Virus record (IMG/VR): IMGVR_UViG_3300028591_000004
Location: 1-64,000 of that record
Origin: a virus
Lineage: Duplodnaviria > Caudoviricetes
Reading direction: 5' to 3' (one strand)
Length of the DNA: 64,000 nt
The notes under the pieces were generated by a model, which saw only the letters and a program-made list of their open reading frames with translations, had not been told where the DNA came from and ran no database searches. Of this stretch, positions 20,501 through 26,702 are shown piece after piece (within the stretch, counting starts at the first letter, position 1; the number at the start of each line of letters is the position of its first letter). The position numbers and the translations under genes were made by a program.

Positions 20501-22536
20501 ATCTTAATGGGAACATATGTAGCTTTCCCACCAAATGTTCTACCTTGAAAACCTTTGTTTGATACGCGGTCGCTTATCCAGTTGGATCCGTCCATGTCGC
20601 TTTCGCCGAAACGTCCAACAACAACTTTCAGATCTTTTTTTGCACCAAGCCAAGACTCAAGACTTTCGCCTTCTGTTGCCATGTTGCTGCGGCTGTACAT
20701 GGATTTTGCAAAAGGCTGGAATTTATCAAAATGACCCAAGCCTCCGCCATTTGTCAGCAACGTTAATCCAGCTTCACGAATTTCATCTGCTGTTTTACTT
20801 GCAGCTTCTGCACCTAAAACTCTCCGTCCTAAATCATCTATTATATCAGATCTGATAAATTCAGCATGCGTTTTGCCAATTCTTGTATTAATATAATGAT
20901 GTCCATTGGCATCATATCCATTTTTAAATAGATCGCCGTATCTTTGAATGTATTGTTGACGTTGTTTTTCTGTAAGATTTGGATCGCTAAGTTCTTTATC
21001 GTATTTTAAATAAATTGCATTATCACTGAATTCGTTCTGTCCAACTTTTGAAGCGGAAGGAGTAGATTCAATTAGCTTATAAAGCAGGCTGTCTCTTAAA
21101 CTCATGGTATGAAAATCAGACGGAGCAATGTTCCGATTGATTTTCTGTCCGTTAATATCAACCTCGCCTTTTTTTGTTGGCCCTGTAACACCAGAAAGTT
21201 CGACCCATTGACCGCCTTTTTGAATAATAGGATGATATCCGGAAATCTGAGCTTTTCCTTCCATCATGTCAAGAGTATATTCTGCAAAAGCTCTGGATGT
21301 TTTACGCGGAGAATGGTTAATTCTTCCGATATATTCTCCTGCGTCGCTTGTTGCATCAAATTTAGCTAAATCAAGCCATTCTCCGTTTGCGCCTTTTTGC
21401 TTATAATATCCAGGATTTAACCATGTCCCAAACGCGTCCTGCATTGCCCGAGCTGCTTGAAGGCCACCGTCAAGAATATTATTAGCGCCTATTTTGCCGA
21501 ATATGTTTTTCCATGATCTAGGATCTTCAACGTCTGTAATACCGTACTTTCTTTCACCTTGTGCTGCGGAAACAATATCAGACATAATGTGCCCAGCCAT
21601 TGCATTAACCATGTCATGAGTTGTATCATGGTTGAAATACATTTTCTGACCAGACTTTGCAATCACTCCGGCTTTTACAGCCGCGTCTGCAGCATATCGA
21701 TTATTTCTGACAAGCTGGCTTAATGAATCAATTTCTTCTCTCGACAGTGTTGCACTACCGTATTGAGTACTTCCAAGAGAACGGTAATCACTTGCCTTTT
21801 CATAAGCAGGAATCTGACGAAAACTTTCCGGTAACATCTCGCGAAACGAACCTGGATTAGTCCGAAACTGAACCTGAGTGCCACCCGTTACAGCTTCTCT
21901 CATATACTGGGGGACATTCATTGGCAGTGTTGCTTTTAAATACTGCCGCATGTTTTGATTGGAGAAAACTTCAGGGTGACTCGGATTGGCCTGTGCTAAC
22001 CTTTGAGAGATCTTTCTGTATTCGTCTCCCGTCATGTACCTGTCGACGATTTCATCATCCGTTAATTTTCGAGATACTGTGCTTGAAATGGTACTTGCAG
22101 TGGTGCGTATTCCGGTAGAAAGCTGAGATACGATTCCTTTCAAGCCTTCGGAAAACACCTGACTCATTTGGGGGCCAAGTGAGTCTAATAACTGCTGAGC
22201 AAGACTTTGAGAGTTTGTTAGATCTTTAATGGATGCATTAGCTACTTCAACTTTTCTTTTAAACGCATTCGATAAGTCTTCGCGCTCATAAGAACTCAAA
22301 GCGTGGTCCATTGAATTTCTTACTCTAACAATATTGTCCAAATCCTTTTGCCACTCAGAAAGCTTTCCTTCAAACGCCTGGTTATATCCTGGCAAAACAG
22401 ACGTGGAAACAGATTCGGTTGATGTTTGTTCTGCATTCTTTTTTAATGTTGATATTCTTTCTTCGATTTCATCGACTTTTTGATTCATTGGATCATCGTT
22501 GATGTCCACCTGTAATGTTAAAATTTCAGAATCCAT
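5560..22536 (-). CDS. Giant tape measure protein (5658 aa) with N-terminal RdRP/YonO-like RNA polymerase domain
   Basis: TP901-type TMP core from about aa 2095 (EFDATMTEIQMIT...SAATLYRQG...GNVAGRTLNSIFGRM); long helical C-terminal region ending HGGKIDFTGLAWVDGT; lies just upstream of Dit. N-terminal part has DMDGSNWISD (aa 647), FQGRTFGGKA, IIRFP (aa 978), GEDFDGD (aa 1039), HhH GLLSLPGIGKVSA, a CxxC...HC motif and a Pro-rich linker. Confidence 0.9.
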   Translation of the reverse strand: MDSEILTLQVDINDDPMNQKVDEIEERISTLKKNAEQTSTESVSTSVLPGYNQAFEGKLSEWQKDLDNIVRVRNSMDHALSSYEREDLSNAFKRKVEVANASIKDLTNSQSLAQQLLDSLGPQMSQVFSEGLKGIVSQLSTGIRTTASTISSTVSRKLTDDEIVDRYMTGDEYRKISQRLAQANPSHPEVFSNQNMRQYLKATLPMNVPQYMREAVTGGTQVQFRTNPGSFREMLPESFRQIPAYEKASDYRSLGSTQYGSATLSREEIDSLSQLVRNNRYAADAAVKAGVIAKSGQKMYFNHDTTHDMVNAMAGHIMSDIVSAAQGERKYGITDVEDPRSWKNIFGKIGANNILDGGLQAARAMQDAFGTWLNPGYYKQKGANGEWLDLAKFDATSDAGEYIGRINHSPRKTSRAFAEYTLDMMEGKAQISGYHPIIQKGGQWVELSGVTGPTKKGEVDINGQKINRNIAPSDFHTMSLRDSLLYKLIESTPSASKVGQNEFSDNAIYLKYDKELSDPNLTEKQRQQYIQRYGDLFKNGYDANGHHYINTRIGKTHAEFIRSDIIDDLGRRVLGAEAASKTADEIREAGLTLLTNGGGLGHFDKFQPFAKSMYSRSNMATEGESLESWLGAKKDLKVVVGRFGESDMDGSNWISDRVSNKGFQGRTFGGKATYVPIKMEDLRFKNYKQIEGNEETEARVAELNKETEARVAKVNEKADRKLARVNKYETDQEEREARIKEIEDSRKERLDKINAQHRTKEASIMNQYGGDLIIPNAGVNGGDLRISKDTDVIEDINNIKYSKNVGPRTQEEWNAIRSQEYGDFGVSAKTTYDDANTSSRWLSKQVINSSMNAGFRDPRVQRFFDKTFFDELARLDNDQYVRDALFNGDQSVDLTTAESKKVIDDHIAGMWAHYNEGDKLLPTGVFKYAMAAPNPQNVINNRLKEAKIALTPEQEALQLKDNDVISMESLNRQLGIIRFPATKSGNVTVNNVSAEQLMSEGAVSAEKINRLARSSGIVDTKGLYFAPNSPILQLLQGEDFDGDLNGYFGLSDKKPEEAKEFSEVMRIIANASDQEVKAVFSGAEPGTPEFQKAWENQNTRKEGRTIRSTPKDGGYSARDPYDAATYLVNGQQQTWMMGSAERSADMAALYYAGLNDPNLRGSLAQAIRDYESQYDVVSTHMKTDESWQQTDEQAAAADLGKSFSRIFKYANEAIETTGANDDSTREWTGKSKAYLEQQKIDSLGLPSVFQGGLMGALSGRWTARQKGIDPDKGLYNWEEILKDPNYGLKLPKGVSADSEQGKFVQMMRGVRSDFLTSKYLVASNDTVAALREQYEKAQKEIENEIDPHSENSAKRKKQRLMDIGGVAFENFEKYGANEAVMNNAPWVSAHFKDVAEREGKTFDQIIGSADFVKPTPPVVTVPSEPQQPAKQEQPKESAPVVSPRQEPKAIVTTSEKLPPQAQERFAIQKPEETTIPDRTVPSDLLKKPEDEARELLHNAGIIDSRINTLLADENRDALLKAVTENNAKGLLSLPGIGKVSAQQAVNALQVSQLASGVKITSPAEMATPLAVVPVPNIEKEIQPQTQTDATMICGVCGTEYPASLGHCPNEANHNTANKPKTGISGKDIQARYSRLSQMNWGDMPYPLPGIMAEMALNENRLLDSSLQDDWDKIRGKNNKFHSILTEANAADDVHAWAKAYEEKQLEEAHKQQEAKKNASSNSQSNNQQLPASPTNPPVPPTNPPNNPPPGSPPTNPPTPPNNPPIPPNNPPVPPSGPPNNPPPGGPPNNPPVPPFTPPGGPPSGPNSWDMVAAQSNYEQIITKAQEFSKNLFGETLKYQRQTEGIPKSIVKADTLNGIALKYERDIKDFIQTPSYSMLTSDQQANLQKAISPEYGLFARAGTEFSELSRLTSSQVLEGITEADAKASGTYDTQIESLNAWDQKIKEVIADQERLLAMSKDSRYSQDLRNQFKDTANKLGNDLKVIQGSRDHLQAATVDQNEKAFNKQIESLENKRHPGGRLQQQSNAYREQISNIRDNLTKKHDSGLISDQAFKDDLGKLDKLEKQTSVSALVMQQSMNIVSKSVTNMLARFGRQMFMKAIQEAKKFVKEFDATMTEIQMITLKTDNQIANLGDRLIDKAKELKISVSEISKSAATLYRQGLSDEEVEERLDVISKFSKVSGTKVDDATKLITVAMNTGLVNNASEASDIVTALGDNAATNAAQIEKGIEKAGAAAAADGTTFGQLAAMLTAITSTTQIGGNVAGRTLNSIFGRMNKVGTNELIYDENGNAVSGSAVAKLLEAQGVRQYDENGNKRSSFDVLYDLSQRWDNISDAEQQQLANAIAGTRMYSNFSAIMQGMSEGDIDKYMDLIGESSGITDKKYEIYTKSLAASMTDLKNIYDELVNDLVTSNIAGDVLGFLSNAIQGVDNLIASGAKLPGVLAGLIPIVSLMVGLKSGSLAGLAIGTAVAGISALGLNIVATNRTETAEERYDRITTAQKSTNDNIANQINRATELKNLGANRTDEETEEYKKILTSLSEKFNIKLPFDDIRETANNASENLDNLAKSTSALGDAAKNAKPSVEEYADHILNESKEEAENIKARNLYGNVSDISAQIATTAKEADNAWFKDSSGLLSMAGFAVNQETGEVTITDKTKTHISGSDKNPFSLPHKNVENYNAFARVMSEALMAPDLSVYDIPTEYIGQNENFWKNYLRAGISGNAKDLPDEVFNAVAGYWNDPTRTKGRNKNLEDQVIPEISKFLSSEDYSFIPEEYIEPLARHIYNSLPSTNGGLIDISTQAIANTIRNVLGFNNIESSSAITAENVVATISNSLEGYTSVIKPENGAYKLETGDYYIDKNNPDRKYTVEEAERLASQLEAVDTAQAEARAQTITNERQYQAQLARAKREQQENTSYEVTDIDGSVISFEGQNAENDANAEYRDIVEVANEEKQYGRYRVYDPEGKFLDSLDDKEAATAKARAASWYTSRETGLVYRGASEYEDATSFDGVESGNEFDIHAGRVVDLEKILTGVRKVIPKLEDIEDYKIVEAYDLLSDEMKAAVDAAANGAEVSAEVVSQVRSNLENQFSNLVAVQNHFGNGLETSKQAWESKNGSVLAADSILDMMLNNQFKDIQDLADYVNENNIEAWDVLNRQEDFAAIMQGVNVDTEGNVISAPEHILDTILTYLYSKSSNTANRTYTNSELAELSSDALNVLQNGGRASYSLVDADYRSALNKYNDEFTQENGALLSYEDWVAKSGLNRPETNWQNNNNIRSAYESYKYGYQSKYNSGLGELKNIDSYIAKNNIKYLSPEQQNALKTVLGEDLYNKAITGQASKEESAFINTTIANRAVGLTSLTSRQQLQGLSSFRDQIGQGVKIGDQEGEYRANIASQYLNGWGGANEYLGLLQAKDKDKALYEKLGGDKRLEELETSLDNYENKLEFQVKIEGLKELEEAGDLLAGTANYVEQLKKGGRFAIEAVVNIRTEMNKEGQLDAKLASGTAAEKREAVMQITGASQDEYYARPEFWTAEAERIRTERRSISAESLKTERNELSESERSNFDAHTAALAGYEWVEGEYTPPEGYTVDSRGFVKRNGKTDANETLRRQNAIRNGHYEYTGTQTRDTAQNDAGQALYESMSSEIQTDRIAALQTQTANQQKLARGQTALDQLDTDKAFEEIDETIIQELTSVTGYTRDQIKAMWGKSSTDAKATLQASITAQSDELNTTLVEAFKLMLGAVDISELGPDVDTETLAKYFDGTNDALANYIRTIGIFVQSGEAQVNKGTQNLYTSLAEAQRAADAKSKTNAKAYGAARQAIFGSENGPYANLTLRQRASLLVNNKTQDLSGIDENLRYMLTLASQEGSGVTETDLQAAYNTALFGGKATDKYGFASRKLFGENGFSNQNWDEETLNGIRTRYQSEIDNNGKDSPLVKMWDAMFSDMGDAGSALQKFLSEGKLPEDFAEKYAEWLASIDFAGDRNAAEKATNVRLLSSGRSSDRGQVLSGYFSDLASVERANIAATSPEEISKQGDIVSLLGLDQDYVSEQMKTSGGQESILGMINERRDEILSNVKDVIEQDLKGVDIDKTTDELEEIDLSEATDFDSLIETLREAATKADDETAARLNEYADTLEGASNAATQDFSQAYQEARDRLRQSTYEFKGSQVLQGMADTYNPQADGDFWDYVQNQKDENGNPVWDSNWTNAVMSNNGIVAAMGLLSNGTLTSADYNQFMTAQMNGAGKDYQYYDLIAQASLGNNYHSGQFNSIGLRETLDKMKGDENLRGFYDEIISKFPELEQAANGSNAALKALNSNWAASKAADVAKYAKGVDGLSETITDLAKGGTDAAQAEMKLTKQMEDLQDQQGAINRARGKSGKQLNRMKKRGDQTLDILAGLLPYDADQLANMSQEKLDELLNQVQPIISQQFSDTVASLFSFLEGTEGFSYNMPIGDLIHVNAEGQLELSEFAAKLGDEEKRVLDVIMSLLGTYASVDIQALLSDGHIDVQSFLSQLGMSGISARPGNSYSRPTTRPSNSGNNGKSATDALLEGQSHYIKRREHDVTMAQERQTRYETTNNYQGYLNSLNDEIEAQLRLKDQYSANIAALESQLSKVKVGSEEWYKLAEAIDSAKESMAKIDNEIDAINSKKINIVETKHANEDKPISHASTMLGLRAQNYLAKGQFENYAAVTQAQIQNYRNDIEMNNYQIEEWEKLLKTYKKGTQDWITVRDNIWKLKEQNAEIENQILTETQNLQQAKISQIATDLQNALEPFSHEQDMLSTWSGIYQKENQYGAYRGALASQNAYSADQLKLYQASIDGLKQQMATLEEGSPAWLSARSAIFEYEAAMAQLTATIRDNNEAIEESYVLETTTQYEDANKSAQHELRMAQIAAQGYKDAGDYENYKAMLDVQRDLTAENLRVKQSGLEAMEELLNSGKLKEGSTQWKALREQIMALREEILQTENDYASIVRQVRETDFSHAVEQFQEQDNNYQHELRLIQFQETRYQNRSELTNYGHALEWDNETQKKRAEAIEEQIDLLEQQRDAAKDDPELYKKIDAEIKKMEETLASTNNTIEKNNKLIEKNQEDIKKLAKNIEDTLDKEIKAQEKMRREMLQGEVNVQNSILNVIKKEKQDEWNLEKKTREEHKKTLQNEKNLINERLNARKAAIDAEDKYELLAEYQKQLALISMDPTRSKDAKELRRQISDLQKELSWNITEDEAQAAMDALDDEIQAEDDYIQVHEEDLKELLENSGNFMDQVKDIMGNSYEDYDQYLAWMKEHNEDYKNSSAEMQQSMEQGWKDTWDKMYGHTDTYWDQIMGLMSNKEEFLDFMKQSQDYMNASENGKWILEHQWSTAYDNYAASLVDNAEFADNHEILDKMSEMKEWTYKVEPIPGYQYDYGQYATTGPQYFWTRTPDDTTGVAQAAVDESYDKYSKVVGSDAELYKSQQEEKPVSTPVYIVTSGGGGSTTTYGGGGGSNPPKNTPSPKKHYEFYWGSKRYSGYNSWNEATTALKKIYDQERALLDRSNANAYGYRQLEDFYKRAQGTVKQYKHGGKIDFTGLAWVDGTKSQPESILSAYDTKALMGLTEALRYVSVSPSLAPDTTKYGNNTSIGDINITINQAELKDDADYEDVARRVGKAFTKQLNKEGFNLARYAF

Positions 22537-22572
22537 AGAAAAGCTCCTTTCTGAGTCTTAGTAAAATATTTT

Positions 22573-22602
22573 TTGACAATCTATATGTAAAGCTCGTATA
22601 AT
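22573..22602 (+). promoter_or_regulatory. Sigma-A/sigma-70-type promoter of helicase cassette
   Basis: TTGACA-18 nt-TATAAT, then RBS GAGGTG before ATG 22633. Confidence 0.75.
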
Positions 22603-22632
22603 GGTTTGAGCTTGTAATCAGAGGTGAAATAA

Positions 22633-24276
22633 ATGGGTTTTTTCAATAAAACGAAAGAACTTAAAACAGAGAACTTGGAATTAAAGAGAAAACTTGAGAG
22701 AATATTAAAAGAAAAAGAATCTCTTGAAGATGATCTCTTTAATCTCAAGCAAGAAATTAAATACTTAAAAAACAAGAATCAAATACTTGAAAAAGAAAAC
22801 GACTCCTTAAAAATTCAAATAGAAAAGAGTAAACAAAAAACTGATAAACCATCGTCTCCTGTTACTGTATTCAATAACTATGAATTAACAGACGAACAGC
22901 TTGCTTTTTTCAATGTGATGGAAAACACAAGAGATAATTATTTCATTACAGGAAAAGCAGGCACAGGAAAATCAACTGTTCTAAGTTATTTCAAACAAAC
23001 TACAAAGAAAAAAGGAGTTGCCATTGTTGCTCCCACTGGAGCAGCCGCTTTAAATGTTAACGGTCAGACAATCCATTCTTTGTTTAAGCTTGATTTTGAA
23101 CCGCAGGATACTCATTCAAAAAGTAAGGTTTCCACAAACCCAGCGGTATTGGATGTTTTGAGATCCATAAAAATGTTGATAATCGATGAAATATCTATGG
23201 TCCGTGCGGACGTAATGGATATGATTGATGCAAAACTGCGTCTGGCAAATAAAAACGATCTACCGTTTGGAGGATGTCAGATAATTGCATTTGGTGATTT
23301 ATACCAACTGCCTCCAGTCGCCGTAGATAGAATAGAAAAAGATTTCATTATATCCAGATATAACACGCTGTTTTTCTTTGGAGCCCCCGCTGTTAAAGAA
23401 ACATTCAAAATCATTGAACTAACCAAAGTTCTAAGACAACGGGATGCCCAATTCATAAACATATTAAATCGTGTACGGGATGGCAGTGTAACAACATCCG
23501 ACATTGATCTTATCAATTCAAGGTGTGTTCTAGGACAAATTCCGAATGATTGTTTAAAACTGGTTTTGACAAGAAATACAGCAAAAAGAATCAACGAAGA
23601 AAAACTTTCTATGATTAAAGAAAAAGAATGGATATATGAAACTGAGCTTGAAGGAAACAACCCTCCATCAAAAGAAGACGTTCCGTTTGATTTTACGCTC
23701 CGTTTAAAGATCGGCGCAAAAATCATGACTGTATATAATGATCCGGCAAAACAATATATAAACGGATCAATTGGTGAAGTTGTTGATTTGTCAACAGATG
23801 TAATCAAAATCAAAATTGATAATAAAATATGTGATGTAAATCCTATTCTGTGGATGAAAAAAATATACCGGATAAATAAAACAACCGGCGAACTTGATTC
23901 TGAGGTCGTCGGATGGGCTAAACAATTTCCTTTGAGATTGGCATACGCTATAACCGTGCATAAATCACAAGGACAAACATACGATCAGGTAGTAATTGAT
24001 TACTCAAACAATACGACATTTGCAAATGGCCAGACATATGTTGCAATATCAAGATGCAGAACTCTTCAGGGTTTGTATCTTGTCCGTCCGCTAACAAAAC
24101 AGGATATCAACATAAACACAGAAGTCACGCAATTCATAAAGACGCAAAACAACCAGCCAGTCAAACAAAGTCATGAACCTTTGCCTGTAGAGAAAGAAAC
24201 TAAATTCGATCTTTCTTGGACAATAACTCCAGAAGATAAAGCCCTTTACGAAGAAATTCAGTCATATAAACATTAA
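22633..24276 (+). CDS. PIF1/RecD-like SF1B helicase with N-terminal coiled coil
   Basis: GKAGTGKS, APTGAAA, IIDEISMV, FGGCQIIAFGDLYQLPPV, QFPLRLAYAITVHKSQGQT, YVAISR. Confidence 0.9.
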   Translation: MGFFNKTKELKTENLELKRKLERILKEKESLEDDLFNLKQEIKYLKNKNQILEKENDSLKIQIEKSKQKTDKPSSPVTVFNNYELTDEQLAFFNVMENTRDNYFITGKAGTGKSTVLSYFKQTTKKKGVAIVAPTGAAALNVNGQTIHSLFKLDFEPQDTHSKSKVSTNPAVLDVLRSIKMLIIDEISMVRADVMDMIDAKLRLANKNDLPFGGCQIIAFGDLYQLPPVAVDRIEKDFIISRYNTLFFFGAPAVKETFKIIELTKVLRQRDAQFINILNRVRDGSVTTSDIDLINSRCVLGQIPNDCLKLVLTRNTAKRINEEKLSMIKEKEWIYETELEGNNPPSKEDVPFDFTLRLKIGAKIMTVYNDPAKQYINGSIGEVVDLSTDVIKIKIDNKICDVNPILWMKKIYRINKTTGELDSEVVGWAKQFPLRLAYAITVHKSQGQTYDQVVIDYSNNTTFANGQTYVAISRCRTLQGLYLVRPLTKQDININTEVTQFIKTQNNQPVKQSHEPLPVEKETKFDLSWTITPEDKALYEEIQSYKH

Positions 24277-24277
24277 A

Positions 24278-24306
24278 TTGACAGGATTCGTTTTGCATGT
24301 TATATT
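24278..24306 (+). promoter_or_regulatory. Sigma-A-type promoter with extended -10
   Basis: TTGACA-17 nt-TATATT, with TG one base upstream of the -10. Confidence 0.6.
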
Positions 24307-24336
24307 CTGACATCATCGGTGAAGGGAGTTTTCTGA

Positions 24337-24723
24337 ATGAATTGGAAAGAATGCATCTTGAAATGGAAACCAGAAACCGAGTGGCAACCGATCATTGACA
24401 AGTGGATAAAAGAAAATCCAAATCCAGAGTCTTGGTTTACCCTTTGGATTTGGCCGGAAAACAGTGACCCTAAACAGACCGAATATTTGAAAAAGCTTTT
24501 GAAAGACCGTGAAATTAAATACACCGAAAAATATGATTATGGCAACGAACTGCCAGCCGCAATTGATTCTGTTGTCTATTGCGCTGGCGACTTAACCGTC
24601 GAAAATGCAAATTCCGAATTAAACAAGATAACATTAAACGACAAAGGAGTTTTTTACGAAGGTGTTCATGTCGCATTAATCGGACAGTACATGGACGAGC
24701 AGATGTTTGGAAAAGGAGTTTAA
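24337..24723 (+). CDS. Hypothetical protein
   Basis: 128-aa ORF with RBS AAGGGAG. Confidence 0.6.
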   Translation: MNWKECILKWKPETEWQPIIDKWIKENPNPESWFTLWIWPENSDPKQTEYLKKLLKDREIKYTEKYDYGNELPAAIDSVVYCAGDLTVENANSELNKITLNDKGVFYEGVHVALIGQYMDEQMFGKGV

Positions 24724-24724
24724 G

Positions 24725-24961
24725 ATGAGTGGATTGTCTTGTCCGAACTGTGACTCGACTAAATTCAAACCCGAGTATGAACAAGATGGATTGTATGTCT
24801 GTAAAGAATGCGGTAAAGTAATTGGATACTACTGCAACGGCTGCGGAAGATTTTATTCTTCCAACGGATTAGGCCTTCATGGAGACGTTTACGAATGTAA
24901 ACTTTGCGGAAAAATACAATGGGGTTACACAGAATACAAAAGAGCGGGGGAGGGGCAGTAA
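24725..24961 (+). CDS. Small zinc-ribbon protein (four CxxC)
   Basis: MSGLSCPNC...CKEC...CNGC...CKLC; RBS AAGGAG. Confidence 0.7.
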   Translation: MSGLSCPNCDSTKFKPEYEQDGLYVCKECGKVIGYYCNGCGRFYSSNGLGLHGDVYECKLCGKIQWGYTEYKRAGEGQ

Positions 24962-24981
24962 GCCCCGTCCCCGCGTTTTTT
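24944..24981 (+). terminator. Intrinsic terminator ending the plus-strand cassette
   Basis: GCGGGGGAGGGGC/GCCCCGTCCCCGC stem followed by a T run. Confidence 0.65.
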
Positions 24982-25489
24982 ATATTTCATTTAAAATGTC
25001 TGTCCGAACAGCGTATCCGCGTTTATCAATAAATTGTTTTTGTGTACGGCATTTACCTTGAAGTTCAGAAAGACGATTTAACAAACCCGTCTCATGAAAT
25101 GCCTCATACACCGGTTGGAGAAGATCTATTTCGTTTTTACAAACTCGTCGTTCTCTCCGAACAATAGCCAATTGCTTGTACAATTTATAACCGGCATTTG
25201 CATTTTTATTTTCAGTTAGTTCAATGTAATGAAGAAGATCCTGCATTTGATTCTCTAACTCATTCAAGCGAATTTTATCAAATTCATACCGGGAAAGTAT
25301 ATCCCGAATCGTAGAGCAAAAGGTCTTAAGAGCTTCTTCAGGATGAAGGGTGTCGTATTCCTCGCAACCAAACAAAACAACTTGGGAATTAATCTGACTT
25401 TCTTTATTTAAATCCGGATTCGTTATTAGAGAATCTAATCTCTTTTGAGACATTTTCTCCTTTTGAGCGTGTTTTGTTGATCTGCCCAT
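24980..25489 (-). CDS. Phage hypothetical coiled-coil protein
   Basis: 169 aa, QDLLHYIEL...YKLYKQLAIVRRERRVCKNE. Confidence 0.65.
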   Translation of the reverse strand: MGRSTKHAQKEKMSQKRLDSLITNPDLNKESQINSQVVLFGCEEYDTLHPEEALKTFCSTIRDILSRYEFDKIRLNELENQMQDLLHYIELTENKNANAGYKLYKQLAIVRRERRVCKNEIDLLQPVYEAFHETGLLNRLSELQGKCRTQKQFIDKRGYAVRTDILNEI

Positions 25490-25492
25490 AAC

Positions 25493-25837
25493 TTAAGATT
25501 CCTCAATCGAATGATTTAATTTCATATACTCCATTACGTTTTTTATGTAATCTGTTTCTTCTTGAAGCATTGCTGGTTCAACATTTGTCGAAATAATTTC
25601 ATGAGCCCAGTCAACAACGGATTTTGTTTTGCTGTCTCTTTTGTTTCTGTATTCAACTTCCAGTTTGAGATTATCTTCAATCGTATACCAGTCGGGCCTG
25701 AAATCTCTGAATTTCAACATTGCCATTTCATTTCTATACAGAATGTATTTCCATTCTGGAGCTAAATACCAAACGCCATTATCAGCCTGCTCGATGGTTA
25801 TTTCCTTTGCCTTATTGATATATTCAGAATATAACAT
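25493..25837 (-). CDS. Hypothetical protein
   Basis: 114-aa ORF with RBS, in operon. Confidence 0.6.
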   Translation of the reverse strand: MLYSEYINKAKEITIEQADNGVWYLAPEWKYILYRNEMAMLKFRDFRPDWYTIEDNLKLEVEYRNKRDSKTKSVVDWAHEIISTNVEPAMLQEETDYIKNVMEYMKLNHSIEES

Positions 25838-25851
25838 TATCCTTATCTCCT

Positions 25852-26316
25852 TTATAATCTAAAAAGCCTTCTAAGAAAGTTTGTTTTCTTTTCTTTTTCA
25901 ACATCAGGAACAATTCCAAAAACATATTGGGAATTTTGCTCAGAATCAGTTTTAACGACAGTTTCTTCGCTTTGAGCTTTTTCCTCTTCAGCCTTAGCTA
26001 ATGCGGCTTTTTCTTCTTCATCTGCCTTTTTATCAAACTTATAAGGCCGTTTCGGATTTAATGCGCATAAGTTGTATGCGGCTTCCAGCATTCTGCGTCT
26101 GTTTATCTTTCGGTCGGCTCCGCCTCTCTGCCAGATTTGAAATCCCTTTTGCATTAAAAAGAATTGCTCAAATGCGGGATCCTCAGGCGGAAAAGGATTC
26201 TCTGGTTCCAGCATCATCCATGATCTGGCTCCATGTTCAAATAGGCCTTCCTGCTTTTTCTTGTATCCTTCTATCATTTCCGTATACATTTTATATAATT
26301 CATTGTTTCTGCTCAT
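25852..26316 (-). CDS. Hypothetical protein
   Basis: 154-aa ORF, RBS GAGGAG. Confidence 0.6.
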   Translation of the reverse strand: MSRNNELYKMYTEMIEGYKKKQEGLFEHGARSWMMLEPENPFPPEDPAFEQFFLMQKGFQIWQRGGADRKINRRRMLEAAYNLCALNPKRPYKFDKKADEEEKAALAKAEEEKAQSEETVVKTDSEQNSQYVFGIVPDVEKEKKTNFLRRLFRL

Positions 26317-26330
26317 TGTAAAACTCCTCT

Positions 26331-26702
26331 CTAGAATAATCCTTCAGCCCAGCTAATGTCGCCAAGCTGCTTCTTTAAGGCGGATTTCTTTGCGTCTTCT
26401 GTCTTAGCTTCAACAACCTTAATCTTGCCCATCAGGCCCATAACACCAGTGTTGACCTTTCCACCGTTCTTAAGGAGCGGATTTGCAGCAGGCACCATCT
26501 TGCCAGCATCTTTGGCAAACGCATTTCCATAAAGGTTGGATATCGACTCGAAATTAATTCGTTTACCTAACGCTTCTAAAACAGATTGAAACCAGACATA
26601 AGACATGTTGTTTATTTTGTTTTCATCTACTTCGCCCAGGTGCGCGGCAACAGCGGCGGCTGCTTCATCTAAATTTAACGCTTCGCTGCCTGGGCTTCCC
26701 TG
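26331..26702 (-). CDS. Tail assembly chaperone, frameshift extension (GT-like C-terminal part)
   Basis: -1 frame is open from the slippery site A AAA AAC (26702-26708) into the 91-aa ORF MSYVWFQSV. Confidence 0.7.
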   Translation of the reverse strand, partial: QGSPGSEALNLDEAAAAVAAHLGEVDENKINNMSYVWFQSVLEALGKRINFESISNLYGNAFAKDAGKMVPAANPLLKNGGKVNTGVMGLMGKIKVVEAKTEDAKKSALKKQLGDISWAEGLF

